Shown in pieces: positions 62,037-64,000 of a stretch of DNA of 64,000 nucleotides. Every line of letters begins with the position of its first letter. The first letter of the stretch is position 1. The DNA lies in the NCBI GenBank assembly GCA_002429315.1, contig DIZC01000104.1:6055-70054 (forward strand). The letters are read 5' to 3'. The notes under the pieces were generated by a model. The model saw only the letters and a list, made by a program, of their open reading frames with translations. It made no database searches and was not told the origin of the DNA. Both the position numbers and the translations under genes were made by a program. The DNA comes from Alphaproteobacteria bacterium UBA6038 (GTDB lineage: Bacteria > Pseudomonadota > Alphaproteobacteria > Micropepsales > Micropepsaceae).

Positions 62037-62708
62037 ATGGGCGAGGACGAGAAGCCGGGTCTGGGCGGGCAAAGCAGAGACAAACTCATCCGCTCCAAGG
62101 AGAAATGGGCGGAGGAGGGGCGGCTGCTGACCGGTGCGCCCGATCCGGCGCATCGCAACCGCCTGCCGCCGGGGCAGCGCGAAGTGAAGACCTGGCCGGT
62201 GCTCGACCTCGGCGGGCAGCCGGACGTGAAGCCGGAGAACTGGCGCTTGCAGGTGCTGGGGCTGGTGGAGAATCCGGTGGCGCTGACGCTGACGCAGTTC
62301 ATGGCGCTGCCGCAGACGGAATTGGTGAGCGACATTCACTGCGTCACCGCATGGAGTCGCTTCGACAATCGTTGGCAGGGCGTTGCGAGCCGCACGTTGC
62401 TGGAACTGGTGAAGCCGAAGCCTGAGACGCGCCACGTCGTGTTCCATTCTTACGATGGGTACACCACGAACGTGCGGCTGCCGGTGTTCGCAGAGGACGA
62501 CGTGCTGCTGGCGCATTCCTGGGAGGGCAAGCCGCTCGCCCGCGAGCATGGCGGCCCGGTGCGCGTGGTGATCCCGCGCTGGTATTTCTGGAAGAGCGCC
62601 AAATGGGTGACGCGCATCGTGTTCCACGAACGCGATCGTCCCGGCTTCTGGGAAACCCGCGGCTACCACAACGACGGCGACCCGTGGAACGAGGAGCGGT
62701 ATTCGTAA
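62037..62708 (+). CDS. Sulfite oxidase-like molybdopterin oxidoreductase
   Basis: RLPPGQ, WPVLDLG, DIHCVTAWS (Mo-binding Cys), EHGGPVR, WKSAKW, GFWETRGYH; no Tat signal seen. Confidence 0.92.
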   Translation: MGEDEKPGLGGQSRDKLIRSKEKWAEEGRLLTGAPDPAHRNRLPPGQREVKTWPVLDLGGQPDVKPENWRLQVLGLVENPVALTLTQFMALPQTELVSDIHCVTAWSRFDNRWQGVASRTLLELVKPKPETRHVVFHSYDGYTTNVRLPVFAEDDVLLAHSWEGKPLAREHGGPVRVVIPRWYFWKSAKWVTRIVFHERDRPGFWETRGYHNDGDPWNEERYS

Positions 62709-62715
62709 GTAGAAT

Positions 62716-62871
62716 TCCCTCTCCCCCACCGGGGGAGAGGGATACAGGGTGAGGGGGCGGCGGACGTCGGAATACAGAGAGCAGGGATCAGAAACGGTCG
62801 CGCATACAGGGCGCCCGATTCCCGAATTCCGTACTCTGCATTCCGATCGCCCCCTCAAAGGGGGCGAGGGG
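62716..62871. repeat. Composite REP-like palindromic element between convergent genes
   Basis: 12-bp perfect stem 62716-62742 plus GGGTGAGGGG tail; inner IR 62768-62779/62834-62845 (11/12); 7-bp stem 62849-62865 plus GAGGGG tail. Confidence 0.78.
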
Positions 62872-62880
62872 AAGACCAGT

Positions 62881-63519
62881 TCAACGTTCTGCCGCTTCTT
62901 TCGCCGCGCGCATGACGTCCTCGAACATCGCCGTCGTGAGGACGCCGGTGTTGGTGTTGAGGCGGGAGCAGTGATAGCTGGAAAGCAGCGTGACGCGTTC
63001 CAGCGCGCGCGACGCGCCGTGCGCGAACGTGTGGTCCTTTTTGGAAACGGCAAGCGCGCTGGACACGCTGTCATGCGCGATCCTGCCCAGCGACAGGATC
63101 GCGCGCAGGTTCGGCATGCTGTCGATGGTGGCCTTCAGGAATGGACGGCAGGTGTTGACCTCCGTCGGTAGCGGCTTGTTCTCCGGCGGCACGCAGCGCA
63201 CCGCGTTGGTGATGGCGCAGTCGATCAGCTCGAGGCCGTCGTCGGCGCGCTCGCCATAGGTGCCGCGCGCCAGCCCCAGCTTGCGCAAGGTGCCGTAGAG
63301 CAGCACCCCGGCGTAATCGCCGGTGAAGGGGCGGCCGGTGCGGTTGGCGCCGTGCAGCCCCGGCGCAAGGCCTACGATCAGCAGCCGCGCGTCGCGCGGG
63401 CCGAAGGTGGGCACCGGATCGTTGAAGTGATCGGGAAAACGCGCGCGGTTCTCATGGCGAAAAGCGTGCAGCCGCGGGCACAGCGGACAATCGCGCGGCG
63501 GCTCATGCGACGATTCCAT
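62881..63519 (-). CDS. Uracil-DNA glycosylase, Fe-S family 5 (UdgB-like)
   Basis: CPLCPRL, GLAPGLHGANRTGRPFTGD, CVPPENKP, YHCSRLNTNTG. Confidence 0.93.
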   Translation of the reverse strand: MESSHEPPRDCPLCPRLHAFRHENRARFPDHFNDPVPTFGPRDARLLIVGLAPGLHGANRTGRPFTGDYAGVLLYGTLRKLGLARGTYGERADDGLELIDCAITNAVRCVPPENKPLPTEVNTCRPFLKATIDSMPNLRAILSLGRIAHDSVSSALAVSKKDHTFAHGASRALERVTLLSSYHCSRLNTNTGVLTTAMFEDVMRAAKEAAER

Positions 63520-63663
63520 TAGTGACTCTAGGCGCCTCCATCGTGGTGGCGCGGGTGGGGGCGCGACTTCCATAGCGCGATGAAGGTTCGCCTAACTACA
63601 CTAGCGCGTCGCCCTCCTCGCATAGGGCACTGGAAAGGCTATTCTGTCGAACCTGAGGTTCTT

Positions 63664-63984
63664 CTAAGAAGATGGGTGACCTGTGCATTGGTAGCGGACG
63701 GTCACCGTCGTCAGCTCACACCCCATATTACTCATCTGCTCGCAATGGTGCACTTCGCCGCCAAATTTTTCAGCGCCTGAATACCCCCAGACGTGGCAAC
63801 GATCCGTTGCGGTGACTTGAGCTTGGCTCCAGTCCACCTTCGGAACCTGAAACATTCCGAATTGATAGGCGAGTTCCACCGTGCCGTCGGCGCGGCTTCC
63901 GCCGGTAGCTTCCGCAACCTTTTCGGTTGCGCAGGCAGTTAGGCTTACTGCGGCAATCAAGCCGCACAAATATCCGAATTTCAT
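63664..63984 (-). CDS. YecR-like lipoprotein
   Basis: GGGGAG RBS, lipobox LTAC, GGSRADGTVELAY, RCHVWGYSGAE, YQC. Confidence 0.85.
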   Translation of the reverse strand: MKFGYLCGLIAAVSLTACATEKVAEATGGSRADGTVELAYQFGMFQVPKVDWSQAQVTATDRCHVWGYSGAEKFGGEVHHCEQMSNMGCELTTVTVRYQCTGHPSS

Positions 63985-64000
63985 GGCTCCCCCCATGGCA

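Noticed and set aside
60120-62880. CRISPR array
   Set aside because: Repeats are inverted pairs from different families, not direct repeats with regular spacers; no cas genes.
63648-63662. GAAC-N5-GTTC palindrome near the yecR-like stop
   Set aside because: Wrong spacing and orientation for the alphaproteobacterial LexA box, and not in a promoter position.

Overview
High-GC alphaproteobacterial chromosome segment. Gene order and content suggest a Rhizomicrobium/Micropepsales-like organism (inference, not database-checked). The core scaffold is the 3' end of dnaE; rpsB-tsf-pyrH-frr-uppS-cdsA-dxr-rseP-bamA-skp-lpxD-fabZ-lpxA-lpxI-lpxB; gltA-gltX/comEC; lexA-moeA-moaC-trpCDG...trpE-ppiD; tpiA-secG-pyrG; dprA-plsY-pyrB-ruvX; gatCAB; slt/dapA-smpB. 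Most notable accessory signals: (1) a ~9.6 kb islet splitting trpE from trpG, containing a translationally coupled five-gene carrier-protein cluster (MetY-like PLP enzyme, non-canonical MetA-like acyltransferase, stand-alone carrier+thioesterase didomain, acyl-adenylating ligase, orphan) with a divergent ThDP enzyme; (2) an aspartate transcarbamoylase fused to a PyrI-type zinc domain, sitting where pyrB-pyrC is normally found, with pyrC absent; (3) an orphan operon next to smpB whose sigma70-like promoter has a perfect alphaproteobacterial LexA box over its -10, the same layout as the lexA promoter; (4) a 40-aa K/R-rich mini-protein followed by an internally deleted GST remnant; (5) three different REP-like palindromic families near smpB. 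No tRNA, rRNA, tmRNA, CRISPR array or transposase was recognised. Start codons were picked by eye from RBS and stop/start overlaps.
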